64,000 bases of DNA from Gemmatimonadales bacterium. GTDB lineage: Bacteria; Gemmatimonadota; Gemmatimonadetes; Gemmatimonadales; GWC2-71-9. Each line of letters begins with the position of its first letter. Position 1 is the stretch's first letter. The stretch covers positions 544,001 through 608,000 of the forward strand of contig JBBCJC010000001.1 of NCBI GenBank assembly GCA_037189525.1. The letters run 5' to 3'. Below, one piece after another: positions 29,298 through 39,256 of the stretch. Under the pieces are notes generated by a model that did not search any database, was not told the origin of the DNA, and was given only the letters and a program-made list of their open reading frames with translations. The translations under genes and the position numbers were made by a program.

Positions 29298-29723
29298 ATG
29301 ACCAGTCCGACCCCGATGACGCTCGCCGACCTCCAGACTCTGCTCGACAGCTCGCCGGCGATTGCCGCGCTCGGAGTCCGAATGGAGTCGGCCGATCCGG
29401 CCCGGTCCGCCGTCGAACTCAGCATGACGATCCATCCCGCGCTCGAACGCGCCACCGGCACCGGGCAGTTTCACGGCGGACCGCTGGCGTCGCTGATCGA
29501 TATCGCCGGCGATGTCGCGATCGCGATGATGGTGGGCGGAGGCGTTCCTACGATCGACCTTCGGATCGACTACCTGCGTCCGGTCCTCACCCCGACCGTT
29601 CGCGCGCGCGCGACGGTGCGCAAGCTGGGCAAGACCATTGCTATTGCGGACGTCGAGATCATCGATGCCCAGGGCAAGCTCTGCGTCCTGGGCCGGGGCA
29701 GCTACAGTCCCCGCATCGGATAG
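29298..29723 (+). CDS. PaaI-family thioesterase
   Basis: HGGPLASLID, TIDLRIDYLRP. Confidence 0.9.
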   Translation: MTSPTPMTLADLQTLLDSSPAIAALGVRMESADPARSAVELSMTIHPALERATGTGQFHGGPLASLIDIAGDVAIAMMVGGGVPTIDLRIDYLRPVLTPTVRARATVRKLGKTIAIADVEIIDAQGKLCVLGRGSYSPRIG

Positions 29724-29727
29724 TCCG

Positions 29728-31149
29728 ATGGCAGGACGCCGCATCGCCACCGTACTGCTGGTACTCGGCATCACGGCCGCCGGCATCGAGCGGAGCCACG
29801 CGCAAGCGCCAGGCGAGAACCTCACCGCCGAGCGAATGGCCGCGAGTCTGGCGCTGCACACCAAGTTGCTCTGCTCCGGTATTTTCGTGGCCGGGCGGGA
29901 TGCCGATGAGTTGATCGCCCAGGATCTCCAAGCCGACCTCTATACCTTTCACGACTGGACCCGCACCGACGTTCGCATCGATCGCGAACGCCGCCAGGTC
30001 ACTCTCGGCCATCCGGGCTTGGCGGCGCGCACTGCCCGCTACACCGGCGATCAGGGCTGTGTTCTGCTGCCACAATTCGGCGATGACGTGTTCTTCACTC
30101 CCGAAACGCTCTCCCGGCCCGCTCGGGATGGATGGCCCGGCGCCAGAGCGAGTCTGCCCGGCAATGTGCGCAGCAAGCTTGACGAAGCGCTGACTTTTGC
30201 GCTCGACGACAGCCGCCAAACCGCACCGCAACTGACTCGCGCGCTGGTCGTCCTCCACAAGGGGCGACTGGTCGGCGAACGGTACGCCGCCGGGTTCAGC
30301 GCCGAGCGGCGGCAGATCGCGTGGTCGATGGGCAAAAGCGTCACGGCGGCGCTGACCGGTATCCTGGTTGGACAAGGTCAGTTCGCTCTCGATGCACCTG
30401 CTCCCGTGGCCCTCTGGCGCCGGCAGGGCGACCCGCGCGGCGGGATCACGTTGCGGCACCTGCTCCAGATGAGCGGCGGGCTCGCATTCGACAACTTCAG
30501 CACCGGCGACTCCGCCTACTACACCAGTCGCCATCATCACGAGCTGGTCTACTTCGGCGCCGTCAACGTCTTCGACTACGTGCTCGACCGTCCGGTTGCT
30601 GCGCCACCCGGCACGCTCTGGGCCTATCGCAACACCAATACGCTGACACTCGGCCACCTCATCCGGCAAGCAGTGGAGGCCCGGGGCGACTCCTATCTGG
30701 CCTTTGCGCAGCTGGCGCTGTTCGATCCGATCGGGGCCCGCGACATGGTGCTCGAGCCGGATCCCTATGGGAATTTCATCACCACCGGGTTCGTCTACGG
30801 TTCCGCCAACGACTGGGCCCGTTTCGGGCAACTGCACCTGCAGGACGGCGTCTGGCAGGGCACGCGGATCCTCCCGGCGGGCTGGGTCGATTTCATTCGC
30901 ACACCGGCGCCCGCCCATCCGTCCAAGGGTTACGGCGGCCAGTTCTGGCTCAATGCCGGCGGCCGGTACCCGCGCTGGCCTCGTGACGCCTACTGGGCCC
31001 TCGGCTGGCTCGGACAGATGGTGCTGGTCATCCCCTCCCGCGATCTCGTCATCGTCCGGCTCGGCCACAGCGCCAAGGGAGAATTCGACGGCTACATCGA
31101 GGAAGTCGTGGCCCGCATCCTGGATGCGACGGCGGCGATCGACCGCTAG
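29728..31149 (+). CDS. Serine hydrolase, paralog of 26192..27607
   Basis: SMGK, YRN, LEPDPYGNF, LQDGVWQG. Confidence 0.88.
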   Translation: MAGRRIATVLLVLGITAAGIERSHAQAPGENLTAERMAASLALHTKLLCSGIFVAGRDADELIAQDLQADLYTFHDWTRTDVRIDRERRQVTLGHPGLAARTARYTGDQGCVLLPQFGDDVFFTPETLSRPARDGWPGARASLPGNVRSKLDEALTFALDDSRQTAPQLTRALVVLHKGRLVGERYAAGFSAERRQIAWSMGKSVTAALTGILVGQGQFALDAPAPVALWRRQGDPRGGITLRHLLQMSGGLAFDNFSTGDSAYYTSRHHHELVYFGAVNVFDYVLDRPVAAPPGTLWAYRNTNTLTLGHLIRQAVEARGDSYLAFAQLALFDPIGARDMVLEPDPYGNFITTGFVYGSANDWARFGQLHLQDGVWQGTRILPAGWVDFIRTPAPAHPSKGYGGQFWLNAGGRYPRWPRDAYWALGWLGQMVLVIPSRDLVIVRLGHSAKGEFDGYIEEVVARILDATAAIDR

Positions 31150-31233
31150 CTCCATCCGACAGTCGCGAGGCACCTCGAAGATGGCTACGTTGCGGCCTAC
31201 CGATGGGTCTTACATCCAACCGGCAGGTCGTCC

Positions 31234-31698
31234 ATGCGGATGAGTTTCAGCGGCGCCCCCGAAATCCGCGCCACTCGTGAACAGGTTTGGAATGCCGTTC
31301 TCGATCCGCAGCTGGTGGCCGCCAGCGTCGGCGTAGTTGAAAGTGTCGAGGAAATCGACCCGACTCACTACAAGGTGGTAGCCGGGCTCGGGATAGGCGT
31401 CCTCACAATCCGTTTTACCCTGAACGTCGAGCTGTTCGACCTGGTCGAAGGCCAAAGCGCCAAGATGCGCGCCCGCGGCAAAGCCCCGGGTTCGACGCTG
31501 GACGCCACCACCGCGTTTCAACTGGAAGACGCGGCGCCCGGGGTCATCCGCCTGGTCTGGCAGGCCGACAGCGATGTCGGCGGAATGGTCGCAAGCGTGG
31601 GCGCCAGGCTGCTGGAAGGCACGGTTCGAAAGCTCGCCGAACAGTTCTTCAAGGATTTTGCCGAGACCGTCTCAGAGCAGTCCGCAAGCTCCGCATGA
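31234..31698 (+). CDS. CoxG/SRPBCC-family protein
   Basis: EQVWNAVLDP, VGGMVASVGARLL..FF pattern. Confidence 0.85.
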   Translation: MRMSFSGAPEIRATREQVWNAVLDPQLVAASVGVVESVEEIDPTHYKVVAGLGIGVLTIRFTLNVELFDLVEGQSAKMRARGKAPGSTLDATTAFQLEDAAPGVIRLVWQADSDVGGMVASVGARLLEGTVRKLAEQFFKDFAETVSEQSASSA

Positions 31699-31923
31699 TG
31701 TCGTCCTCGGCACTGGTGTTCCAATCGGCGGTGCGCTGGCCGGCGGGCCATGACTACCTGGCCGACGACGACCCCCTGGCGGGCCAGGCCAGTTGTCGGC
31801 CCGGAGTGCAGGGTCTCAAAGCAGCACTGCCCTACGTTGACGAAATGCTCCACTCTGTCTCAATTGCTTCTCTGGAGCATCTGGCCGCCCGCCTGGTGCG
31901 CCCCTTCCGACGAACCGGTACGT

Positions 31924-32967
31924 ATGCGTGAACTGCTGCGGGATATCGAACGATTCGCCCCTGCCCGGACCGGCCGGGCGGTGGTCACCCGGGTTTGGGG
32001 GTCGGCCCCCCGGCCGGAAGGGGCTGTCCTGGTTGCCGCGGCCGATGGGCGGATGGCGGGATCGGTGTCGGGCGGATGTATCGAGAACGCGGTGGTTGAG
32101 GAGATCCAGCAGGCCATCGCACGCGGCACTCCCAGGCATCTGGAGTATGGGGTGACCCATGAGCGGGCCTGGGAATTCGGCCTGTCCTGCGGGGGAACCA
32201 TCTCGATGTGGGTCGAGCCCGAGCTACGGCCGGAGATCCTGCAAGCCGCGCAAGACACCGAAGGCAGTGTCGTCGCCACGGTCATCGGCGGACCCGGCCA
32301 GGGTGGCAGCCTGACCTACCACGAATCGGGAAAGCGGGAGTTGCGCGGTCTCGAGTCCGGGGTGGCCGAGTTGATTGCTGCGGGCGCTGCGTATGCGCTC
32401 AAGAAGCTGTCGGCGTCGAGCGAAACGATCCCGACCCCGGCCGGTGAGATCACGGTGCTGTACGAAGTGTTTCCGCGCCAGCCGACCCTGCTCGTGTTCG
32501 GCGGGGTGCACATTGCGATGGCGCTGGTCAAGCTCGCCAAGCCGCTGGGGTATCGGACTATCGTCGCGGATGGGCGCGAGGCGTTCCTGACGCCGGAGCG
32601 TTTTCCGGATGCCGACCGCCTGATCGTCGGCTGGCCTGAACGGGTCTTTCAGGAAGTCGGCATCGACTCGGCCACCTGTATCTGTCTCCTGACGCACGAC
32701 CCCAAATTCGACGATCCGGCCATCGAGGCCGCGCTTCGCTCCGACGCGGCGTATATTGGCGTGATCGGGTCGCGAAAGACCCAGCAGCTTCGGCGCGAGC
32801 GGCTCGCCGCCGCCGGTTTCAGCCCCGAGGAGATTGCCCGGATCCACGGGCCGATCGGTCTCGACCTGGGCGGCCGTGAGCCAGCGGACATCGCCCTCGG
32901 TATCCTGGCCGAGATTACGGCCACTCGCTTCGGTGGCAAAGTGGGACGCAAACCGGCACCCGTATGA
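31924..32967 (+). CDS. xdhC: XdhC/CoxI-family molybdenum cofactor chaperone
   Basis: GSAPR, GSVSGGC, GLSCGG, THDPKFD, YIGVIGS, PIGLDLG. Confidence 0.9.
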   Translation: MRELLRDIERFAPARTGRAVVTRVWGSAPRPEGAVLVAAADGRMAGSVSGGCIENAVVEEIQQAIARGTPRHLEYGVTHERAWEFGLSCGGTISMWVEPELRPEILQAAQDTEGSVVATVIGGPGQGGSLTYHESGKRELRGLESGVAELIAAGAAYALKKLSASSETIPTPAGEITVLYEVFPRQPTLLVFGGVHIAMALVKLAKPLGYRTIVADGREAFLTPERFPDADRLIVGWPERVFQEVGIDSATCICLLTHDPKFDDPAIEAALRSDAAYIGVIGSRKTQQLRRERLAAAGFSPEEIARIHGPIGLDLGGREPADIALGILAEITATRFGGKVGRKPAPV

Positions 32968-32990
32968 TTCCAACTCTTCGAGGACTCTCG

Positions 32991-34448
32991 ATGCGCAGCT
33001 CGACTCGTTCCGCCGTTCTGGCGCTCGCGCTGGCCCTGGGTGGCAGCGCCACCATGGTCGCCCAGCCACTCGCGACGCACCCTCGCGTTCAGGAAGCGAC
33101 CGCCCTGCTCGAGCAGTGGCTCGATGCCGAGCAAGCGTACAAGCGTTTGCCTGGCATCTCGGCGGCCATCATCGTCGACCAGGACGTGCTCTGGAAGGGG
33201 GCGTATGGTTATGCCGACGTGGCGCGTAAGGTTCCGGCAACTCCGACGACGCTTTACAGTATCTGCTCGATTTCGAAGCTGTTCACCAGCGTCGCGTTGA
33301 TGCAGCTGTATGAACAGGGCAAGGTGCGCCTCGACGATCCGGTCGAGAAGCACCTGCCGTGGTTCAAGCTCAAGAGCGACATCCCCGATCAGGCCGCGGT
33401 CACGGTCGAAGGGATCCTGACCCATGCCGCCGGGTTGCCGCGCGAAGCTGCGTACCCGTACTGGAGCGCGCCGTTCGAGTTCCCCACCCGGGAACAGATC
33501 CAGAGCGCGGTCTCGAGCCAGGAGATGCTCTATCGTCCCGAGACGTTCTGGCAGTATTCCAACCTCGGCCTGACCCTGGTGGGTGAGGTGGTGATTGCGG
33601 CTTCGGGCCAGACCTTCGACCAGTATGTTCGTTCCAACATCCTGACGCCGCTGGGCATGACCGACACTCATACCGATATGCCCACCTCCGAGCGCGGCAA
33701 GCGGCTCGCGGTCGGCTACGGCGGCCATCCTCGGAGCGGTGAGCGGGCCATCCTGCCTTTCTACCAGGCCAACGGCATCGCGCCGGCTGCCGGCTTTGCC
33801 TCGACCGTGCTCGACCTGGGCAAATTCGCCTCCTGGCAGTTCCGATTGCTGGAGAAGGGTGGCAGCGAGGTCCTCAAAGCCAACACACTCCGCGAAATGC
33901 AGCGGGTGCACTTCCAGGATCCCGAATCCCAGACGACCTGGGGTCTCGGCTTTTCGGTCAGCCGGACGGATAACAAGGTGTTCGTTGGGCATGGCGGGAG
34001 CTGCCCCGGGTATCGGACCCAACTGACCATGCGGCCCAGCGAGAAAATCGCGGTTGCAACGGGCATCAACGCCATCGACGGCCCCGCGACCCCGCTGGCG
34101 CAGCGCGCGTATTCGCTGATGGCACCCGCGATCCTGGCGGCGCAGAAGGATACCGCGCGGAAGATTCAGGCGGCCGACCGGTCGCTCGATCCGTATATCG
34201 GGACCTATCAGTCGTCGTTCGGGGGCGAGGTGTCGGTGATCCGGTGGGAGGGCGGCCTGGCATCGATCTTCCTGCCCAGCGAGAACCCCGCGCGGGCGAT
34301 CACCAAGTATCGCAAGGTCGGTGAGCACACGTTCAAGCGGATTCGCGAAGACGGCGAGCTTGCCGAGGCGACGACGTTCGAGTTCGATGCCAATGGCCGA
34401 GTCGTTCGGATGCGGAGCAACTACAACATCATGCCCCGGATCCGATAG
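32991..34448 (+). CDS. Serine hydrolase (AmpC-like), exported
   Basis: SISK, YSN, HGG; ATG 32991 after GAGGA. Confidence 0.9.
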   Translation: MRSSTRSAVLALALALGGSATMVAQPLATHPRVQEATALLEQWLDAEQAYKRLPGISAAIIVDQDVLWKGAYGYADVARKVPATPTTLYSICSISKLFTSVALMQLYEQGKVRLDDPVEKHLPWFKLKSDIPDQAAVTVEGILTHAAGLPREAAYPYWSAPFEFPTREQIQSAVSSQEMLYRPETFWQYSNLGLTLVGEVVIAASGQTFDQYVRSNILTPLGMTDTHTDMPTSERGKRLAVGYGGHPRSGERAILPFYQANGIAPAAGFASTVLDLGKFASWQFRLLEKGGSEVLKANTLREMQRVHFQDPESQTTWGLGFSVSRTDNKVFVGHGGSCPGYRTQLTMRPSEKIAVATGINAIDGPATPLAQRAYSLMAPAILAAQKDTARKIQAADRSLDPYIGTYQSSFGGEVSVIRWEGGLASIFLPSENPARAITKYRKVGEHTFKRIREDGELAEATTFEFDANGRVVRMRSNYNIMPRIR

Positions 34449-34458
34449 AAGATTCTCC

Positions 34459-34514
34459 GGCAAACCGCGAGCGCGCCCGACGTCGATCTGACCCCGGCGG
34501 GCTCGCGGTTTGCC
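34459..34514. repeat. 14-bp perfect inverted repeat (terminator or REP-like)
   Basis: GGCAAACCGCGAGC ... GCTCGCGGTTTGCC. Confidence 0.65.
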
Positions 34515-34563
34515 ACCCTCGACTATGCCACCAGCTTTCGAGCAGGATCTGCCTGGAGGTTCC

Positions 34564-34784
34564 ATGATCCGAGAACCCTCGAAGCCAAACTGCTACAGTT
34601 GCCGTCCGAGGAACGGGCACATCTCGCCCGAGTGTTGCTCGAGAGCCTGGATGACCAGCCGGAGCTCGATCCGGCGTGGTTCGAGGAAGCTGAATGACGC
34701 GCCGCAGAACTAGCAGCTGGAGCCGTGAAGTCGATACCTGCCGAAGATGCACTGGCCAACGCACGTCGCCGCTTACTCGGATGA
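34564..34784 (+). pseudogene. Addiction-module antitoxin pseudogene
   Basis: Frame DPRTLEAKLLQLPSEERAHLARVLLESLD..AWFEEAE*RAAELAAGAVKSIP; in-frame TGA at 34695, and ATG 34564 is out of frame. Confidence 0.8.
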
Positions 34785-34981
34785 CAGTCGAGTTCCATCC
34801 TCTTGCGGATCAGGAACTGACGGAGGCGGCGGAGCGACCGTTCTCCACTACCATCCGACGTCTCCCGGTTCGGCGTTTTCCCTACAGCTTGATTTATCGG
34901 TTCGAAACAGGTCTTCTCCAAGTTCTAGCTATCGCCCACCATCGAATGCGCCCGAAGTATTGGGTGGAACGGATTCGCTGA
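34781..34981 (+). pseudogene. RelE/ParE-family toxin, internally deleted
   Basis: MTVEFHPLADQELTEAAE joined directly to RPFSTTIRRLPVRRFPYSLIY..LAIAHHRMRPKYW; 66 aa; ATGA overlap with the antitoxin stop. Confidence 0.78.
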
Positions 34982-35040
34982 GCAGCGGTATAACAGAGTC
35001 GTTAGAGAGCGCGCCAGTATTGAATTGCAGGGAGGTTCGT

Positions 35041-35364
35041 ATGCGGCTCCTTCCCCTTGTCGTCCTCGTTCTCATCGGATGTGGTCCCGCGACCCAAGGT
35101 ATTCGCCTCACGCCGCCGGCAGCGACGTCTGGAGAACCGCCCATTCTCCTGTTCAGTGCCACGCAGCCACGCTGCCCCTTCCAGGATGTGGGGATCATCA
35201 CCTCCCAGCCGCAAGACTTCACATCGGAACCCCTAGTGCTCGAAGGGCTCCGCAGAGAAGCACGCCGTCTTGGAGGCGACGCGGTCGTCCACGTCAGGTT
35301 TGTCGGGGAAGGAATCTTGAGCGGCACGGTTGTCCGGTTTACGTCCGCGGACTGCAAGGAGTAA
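35041..35364 (+). CDS. Small hypothetical lipoprotein
   Basis: GGAGG RBS, lipobox LIGC, LRREARRLGGDAVV. Confidence 0.75.
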   Translation: MRLLPLVVLVLIGCGPATQGIRLTPPAATSGEPPILLFSATQPRCPFQDVGIITSQPQDFTSEPLVLEGLRREARRLGGDAVVHVRFVGEGILSGTVVRFTSADCKE

Positions 35365-35467
35365 GTCCTATCAGGGGCCTAGGTGTGCCGACCGGCTGCG
35401 GGGTGAACGAGTGAATATTGGCGCGCTTCGTTTTGCGGAGTCGCAGTTGCGGTGTGATGGCGGTTCT

Positions 35468-36028
35468 TTAGCGTCGACTACGCGCGGAACCAGTCTCCGG
35501 CCACAAGAGTTCCAGCGTCTCACCAACCGGCAACCGCTGCCATAACTTCAGCATACGTCTCCATCCCGTGCACGCCGCTGCGATCTCCGCGTCGGTGAAG
35601 TGTCGTGCCTGTTGCCCTGGAGGCATCCAGATATAGCGTCGAAGACGGTAGAGGAGTTCCGGCGACTCTGGACCGAGCCCCTCTTCGAGTGCCTGGTTGA
35701 AGAGACCGACCAGGATCTCGGTTTCGGTGAGCTGGTCCTTGTTGGCCTTCAATACTTGCTTCGAGCGTTCCGCGGCTCGCGGTCGGCGGCGCCCGCTCAC
35801 GTGCGTCAGGCTACCGAACACCGCACCGTCGGCAACACTCCCCCAGAATCCTCGGCGAATTCCCAAGCCTCGTTCGATTGCGAAATGGGCGAGATCGTGC
35901 GGAATGGCGGCCATATGGCCCACGCCCTTCACATGATACGTTACCCCGTCCGAACGGGTGATCACGGTTTCGTATCGCCGCTCGTCGAGCCGTGTCAGGC
36001 GCAGTCGCACAGTTCGGTTTCCTTCCAA
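35468..36028 (-). CDS. Hypothetical protein
   Basis: Plausible ORF with PHDLAHFAIE...GFWG motif; start uncertain. Confidence 0.65.
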   Translation of the reverse strand: MEGNRTVRLRLTRLDERRYETVITRSDGVTYHVKGVGHMAAIPHDLAHFAIERGLGIRRGFWGSVADGAVFGSLTHVSGRRRPRAAERSKQVLKANKDQLTETEILVGLFNQALEEGLGPESPELLYRLRRYIWMPPGQQARHFTDAEIAAACTGWRRMLKLWQRLPVGETLELLWPETGSARSRR

Positions 36029-36320
36029 ACACCACCCGGGAAGATTTCCTGCACGAACTCACGGTGCAAGGAGGTCGGGAATGGCGCTTCGATTGCGCCA
36101 CCTCCATCGGTAAGTCCGCGCCCTGCGAATGCGCCTCGATCATTTCTGACCGCCTCATGGATCGCGAAACCAACGGGAGACTGGCGGAACCCAATATGAG
36201 AAACCGCAGCAAGGCTGCTGCGTCATCGTCGACGATCTGAGACGGCCTGAAAGTGACTTCACCCCCAAAACCCGGTTACCTCACCCGATCCGGCGAGGTA
36301 GGCCCGGGCGCCGGGGTCCG

Positions 36321-37232
36321 CTAGCGGATCCTGACCCCCAGGCGGTGAACGGTGCCGCCCCCGCGTGTCGGCTCGAAAGCATAGTCCAGGGAGAATCGGT
36401 CGAGCCCGAAGGTACCGCCGACCACGATGGGCGAAAGAGCGGGCCTCTGACTACCGTCGAGCACGCGCCGCCCGCTGACCCGCACGGCGGCCGTCCACCC
36501 AGCAACCGGCTCGTATATCAACTCGGCAGCTGCGGACGGGACGATCTCCCCCTCGCCTTCGCGGGCAACCGTACCGTACAGCTGGGCATCGAAGTAATCC
36601 CCGAGGAAGAGGCGTCGCGATGCGGCACCCAGGGCAATCCGGGTGGGGAGCTCGAGGCGGTAGTACCGGACATCGATCGTACTGCCCAGATTCTGCGCGA
36701 CGAGTCCCAGCGACAGCGGACCGACGTTCCGTCCCACGCCGAGATCGATGGCTGCAACGCCGGCAGCACCCTCAATCCGCTCCTCGACGTACTTGAGCGA
36801 TGTCCCGACCCGAAACCCGAACACGGTCAGGGCAGCCGTCACACCGGCCGTCAGGCTCTGCACCGTCGACGCGTCGCCCTCCGTCGTCAGCGCGGCAAGT
36901 GACACCGGCGGCAACTCGGCCCGATACGTCACCCGCTGGCCGAAAACTCCAACCGAAAGTCCGCCGAGGGCCGTAGTCGACGCGAGGGATGCCGCCGAGC
37001 TGGTACTCCCGTACCGGGCGTAGCCTGCGAAGAGCCCGCGTTCCAGACCGATCTGGCTCGGATTGGCAAATACGACATCAGGCCCCCGCCCGCCCGAAAA
37101 GGCGCCGCCGAGCCCGGCGATACGGGCACTGGCGGCGCCGCTCAGAGAGTGCGGGCCGCGCTGCTGAGCCGCAAGCTGCGCCGATGCAAGCGCCATGACT
37201 GCAAGACCGGTGAGAAGGATCTGCCGACTCAT
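36321..37232 (-). CDS. Outer-membrane beta-barrel, PorV/PorQ/FadL-like
   Basis: Signal peptide; SARIAGLGGAF..VFANP, AIDLG, AQNLG, LDYAF, HRLG. Confidence 0.7.
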   Translation of the reverse strand: MSRQILLTGLAVMALASAQLAAQQRGPHSLSGAASARIAGLGGAFSGGRGPDVVFANPSQIGLERGLFAGYARYGSTSSAASLASTTALGGLSVGVFGQRVTYRAELPPVSLAALTTEGDASTVQSLTAGVTAALTVFGFRVGTSLKYVEERIEGAAGVAAIDLGVGRNVGPLSLGLVAQNLGSTIDVRYYRLELPTRIALGAASRRLFLGDYFDAQLYGTVAREGEGEIVPSAAAELIYEPVAGWTAAVRVSGRRVLDGSQRPALSPIVVGGTFGLDRFSLDYAFEPTRGGGTVHRLGVRIR

Positions 37233-39154
37233 CGCGCGCCTCCGAAGAAAGCCGGATCCATATCGCTCAGACCCACGTCCGATAGAACCACGGTACCCGC
37301 CACGGTCCGGTCGAACAGCCATCGCACCTCGCGAAGCGTGGCGGGATCGAACCGCGCGTCGGCCGCCACAAAGTCGGAGAGACGAATAGCGTACGTCTGC
37401 AGAATGAGCTCCGTAAGCGCGCCGAAGCTCCGCTTGTCGGCCCCCTTGCGACGAAGCACGGTCAATTCGGGCGGCTTCCGGATCGCACCATAGCGGGAAA
37501 GCGGCAGGCTCACCGCAGTCCCGTTGCCGTCGACGGCGACGATGGATAGATCGACCGGTGTCGAGTCAGGCTTGGCCTTGGGCGGCTTCGGCGCCGGCTT
37601 GGCAGGCTTCGCTGTCTTGGCCGCCGAATCGCTCTTGGTGGTGTCTTTCGCGGCCTTGCGCGGTCCCGGCGTCTCGTCGATCGGCGAGAGCGAAAACACC
37701 AGCGCAGTGGCTCCGCGTACCTGCCAGGCACGGCGCACCGAATCCGGAACGATGATCGTGTAGGAAGCGGGCCGCCCACGTTTCGTGGTATCGTCGCCCG
37801 CGATCCGGTTGTTCCAGCCCAGCCAGACCGCGCCGAAATCCTGCCAGTTGTTCCGCCAGCGGAGCGGTACTTTCGATTCGCGCCAGACGGCCAGGCTGTC
37901 ATCAGTGATACGCACCGAGCTGATGGCGCCCGTCGTCACGTCGATGTCTTCGGTATAGCGCGCGAGCGGGCGGAAGCCACTCTCCTCGAATCGGGTCCAG
38001 TACATCGTCTTGGGCCACCAATCCGCCGCGACACGATGATCGCGAAAGAGCGGGAGATACTCATGCCGGCCTCGGAGGGATGTCTCCAGAAACGCGGTGA
38101 TGGCCACCCGCGCGAACTCGCGCTGCGACTCCGGGTCGATCAGGCCGCGCAGGTCGAGATAGCGGGGACTCAGGCGGCCGCTGTCTTTGTCGCCCCACCC
38201 CGTATTCCACTGGCCGTGATTGGCCCGGTACATCCAGATGGCGCTCTTGAACCAGGGCTTTCCATCGGTAAACGCGATCCGCTGATATTGACGTAAACCC
38301 GAGAACGCGGAAACGTCACCGTCGTGTGAGCCGTGGATGACGAGGTAGTTGAGGTTCTCGAGCGGCGTGGGCCGGCGAGACGGCTCATACTGTCCGTCGA
38401 TCGGCGCAATCGCCACCAGGCCTTTGATCGCGAAGCCGAAGTTGAACTTGACGGTGGCATCGTCCGGATAGTGGCTCAACCGGTTGAACGCTCCCGCCAC
38501 AGCCACGGCCTCGCCACCTCGGCTGTGGCCCATCAGTGCGATGTTGCCGAGATCGACCTTGCCGCGGAGCGGGCCTTCGGTGGAATCATTGAAACGGCGC
38601 CACTGCTCCAGATGCTTGAGCAACATCCAGCCGCGAGCGTCGTTTTCGCTGTTCATCCAACCGTTCAGGAAATTCTGGTCGACGGAAGCCAGAATGAATC
38701 CGCGGCTGGCAAGATGGCGACCCAGATACTCATAACCCGGATCGGAGTAATCATCCATCTGATGGTTACCGTGCACGATGAGCACGAGCGGGTAAGGACC
38801 GGGTCCGTCCGGATACCAGACGCGGCCGTTGATGGGCAGCGAGTCAAAGCCGAAGCCCCAGAACTTCTTGCGGACCTTGCCCTGATCTTTGTTCGGCGGA
38901 CCTGCGAGCTTGGTGCCGTCGACGACCGGGGTGCGATAGGTCACCGAGTCCCGATATTCGGCGCGGCGCTTGTCCTTACCACTGCCGTAATAAAGCGACC
39001 GTACCGCCAGCGTGCCGGCCAGCGCGGGATTGGGCGCCGCGAGCTCCTGCCGCACCAAAACGGTTGGCGCATCATTCGTCGCCAGGCGAAGCGGCTGAAT
39101 GCACCCGGCGATCGAGGCGGCCAACGCCGCCCCGGCCACCCATCGACCGATCAT
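37229..39154 (-). CDS. Alpha/beta-hydrolase lipoprotein (chlorophyllase/PAF-AH-like)
   Basis: Lipobox IAGC; HGNH, GHSRGG, HGSHDGD, ANH. Confidence 0.82.
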   Translation of the reverse strand: MIGRWVAGAALAASIAGCIQPLRLATNDAPTVLVRQELAAPNPALAGTLAVRSLYYGSGKDKRRAEYRDSVTYRTPVVDGTKLAGPPNKDQGKVRKKFWGFGFDSLPINGRVWYPDGPGPYPLVLIVHGNHQMDDYSDPGYEYLGRHLASRGFILASVDQNFLNGWMNSENDARGWMLLKHLEQWRRFNDSTEGPLRGKVDLGNIALMGHSRGGEAVAVAGAFNRLSHYPDDATVKFNFGFAIKGLVAIAPIDGQYEPSRRPTPLENLNYLVIHGSHDGDVSAFSGLRQYQRIAFTDGKPWFKSAIWMYRANHGQWNTGWGDKDSGRLSPRYLDLRGLIDPESQREFARVAITAFLETSLRGRHEYLPLFRDHRVAADWWPKTMYWTRFEESGFRPLARYTEDIDVTTGAISSVRITDDSLAVWRESKVPLRWRNNWQDFGAVWLGWNNRIAGDDTTKRGRPASYTIIVPDSVRRAWQVRGATALVFSLSPIDETPGPRKAAKDTTKSDSAAKTAKPAKPAPKPPKAKPDSTPVDLSIVAVDGNGTAVSLPLSRYGAIRKPPELTVLRRKGADKRSFGALTELILQTYAIRLSDFVAADARFDPATLREVRWLFDRTVAGTVVLSDVGLSDMDPAFFGGAR

Positions 39155-39256
39155 AGCATGCCTCAAGGAACAGGGGGATAAGAGTTAGACACCCCGAACC
39201 GCCGGTACGTTGCGTCCTACCCGTTACCCAGACCGCCAGTTCCTCGAGCGGGTCGT

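Noticed and set aside
26192..34448. Beta-lactam resistance island
   Set aside because: SxxK/YxN fold only, without the KTG motif of true AmpC; no mobile context.
34988..35007. attC-like GTATAAC...GTTAGAG between the toxin and lipoprotein genes
   Set aside because: Only 6 nt between the cores, no L boxes, no second copy and no integrase in the window.
36321..37232. Type IX secretion system locus
   Set aside because: A single barrel gene; no other Por/Gld components in the window.
37560..37665. Lys/Pro/Ala-rich quasi-repeat
   Set aside because: Low-complexity linker inside a CDS, not a DNA repeat element.
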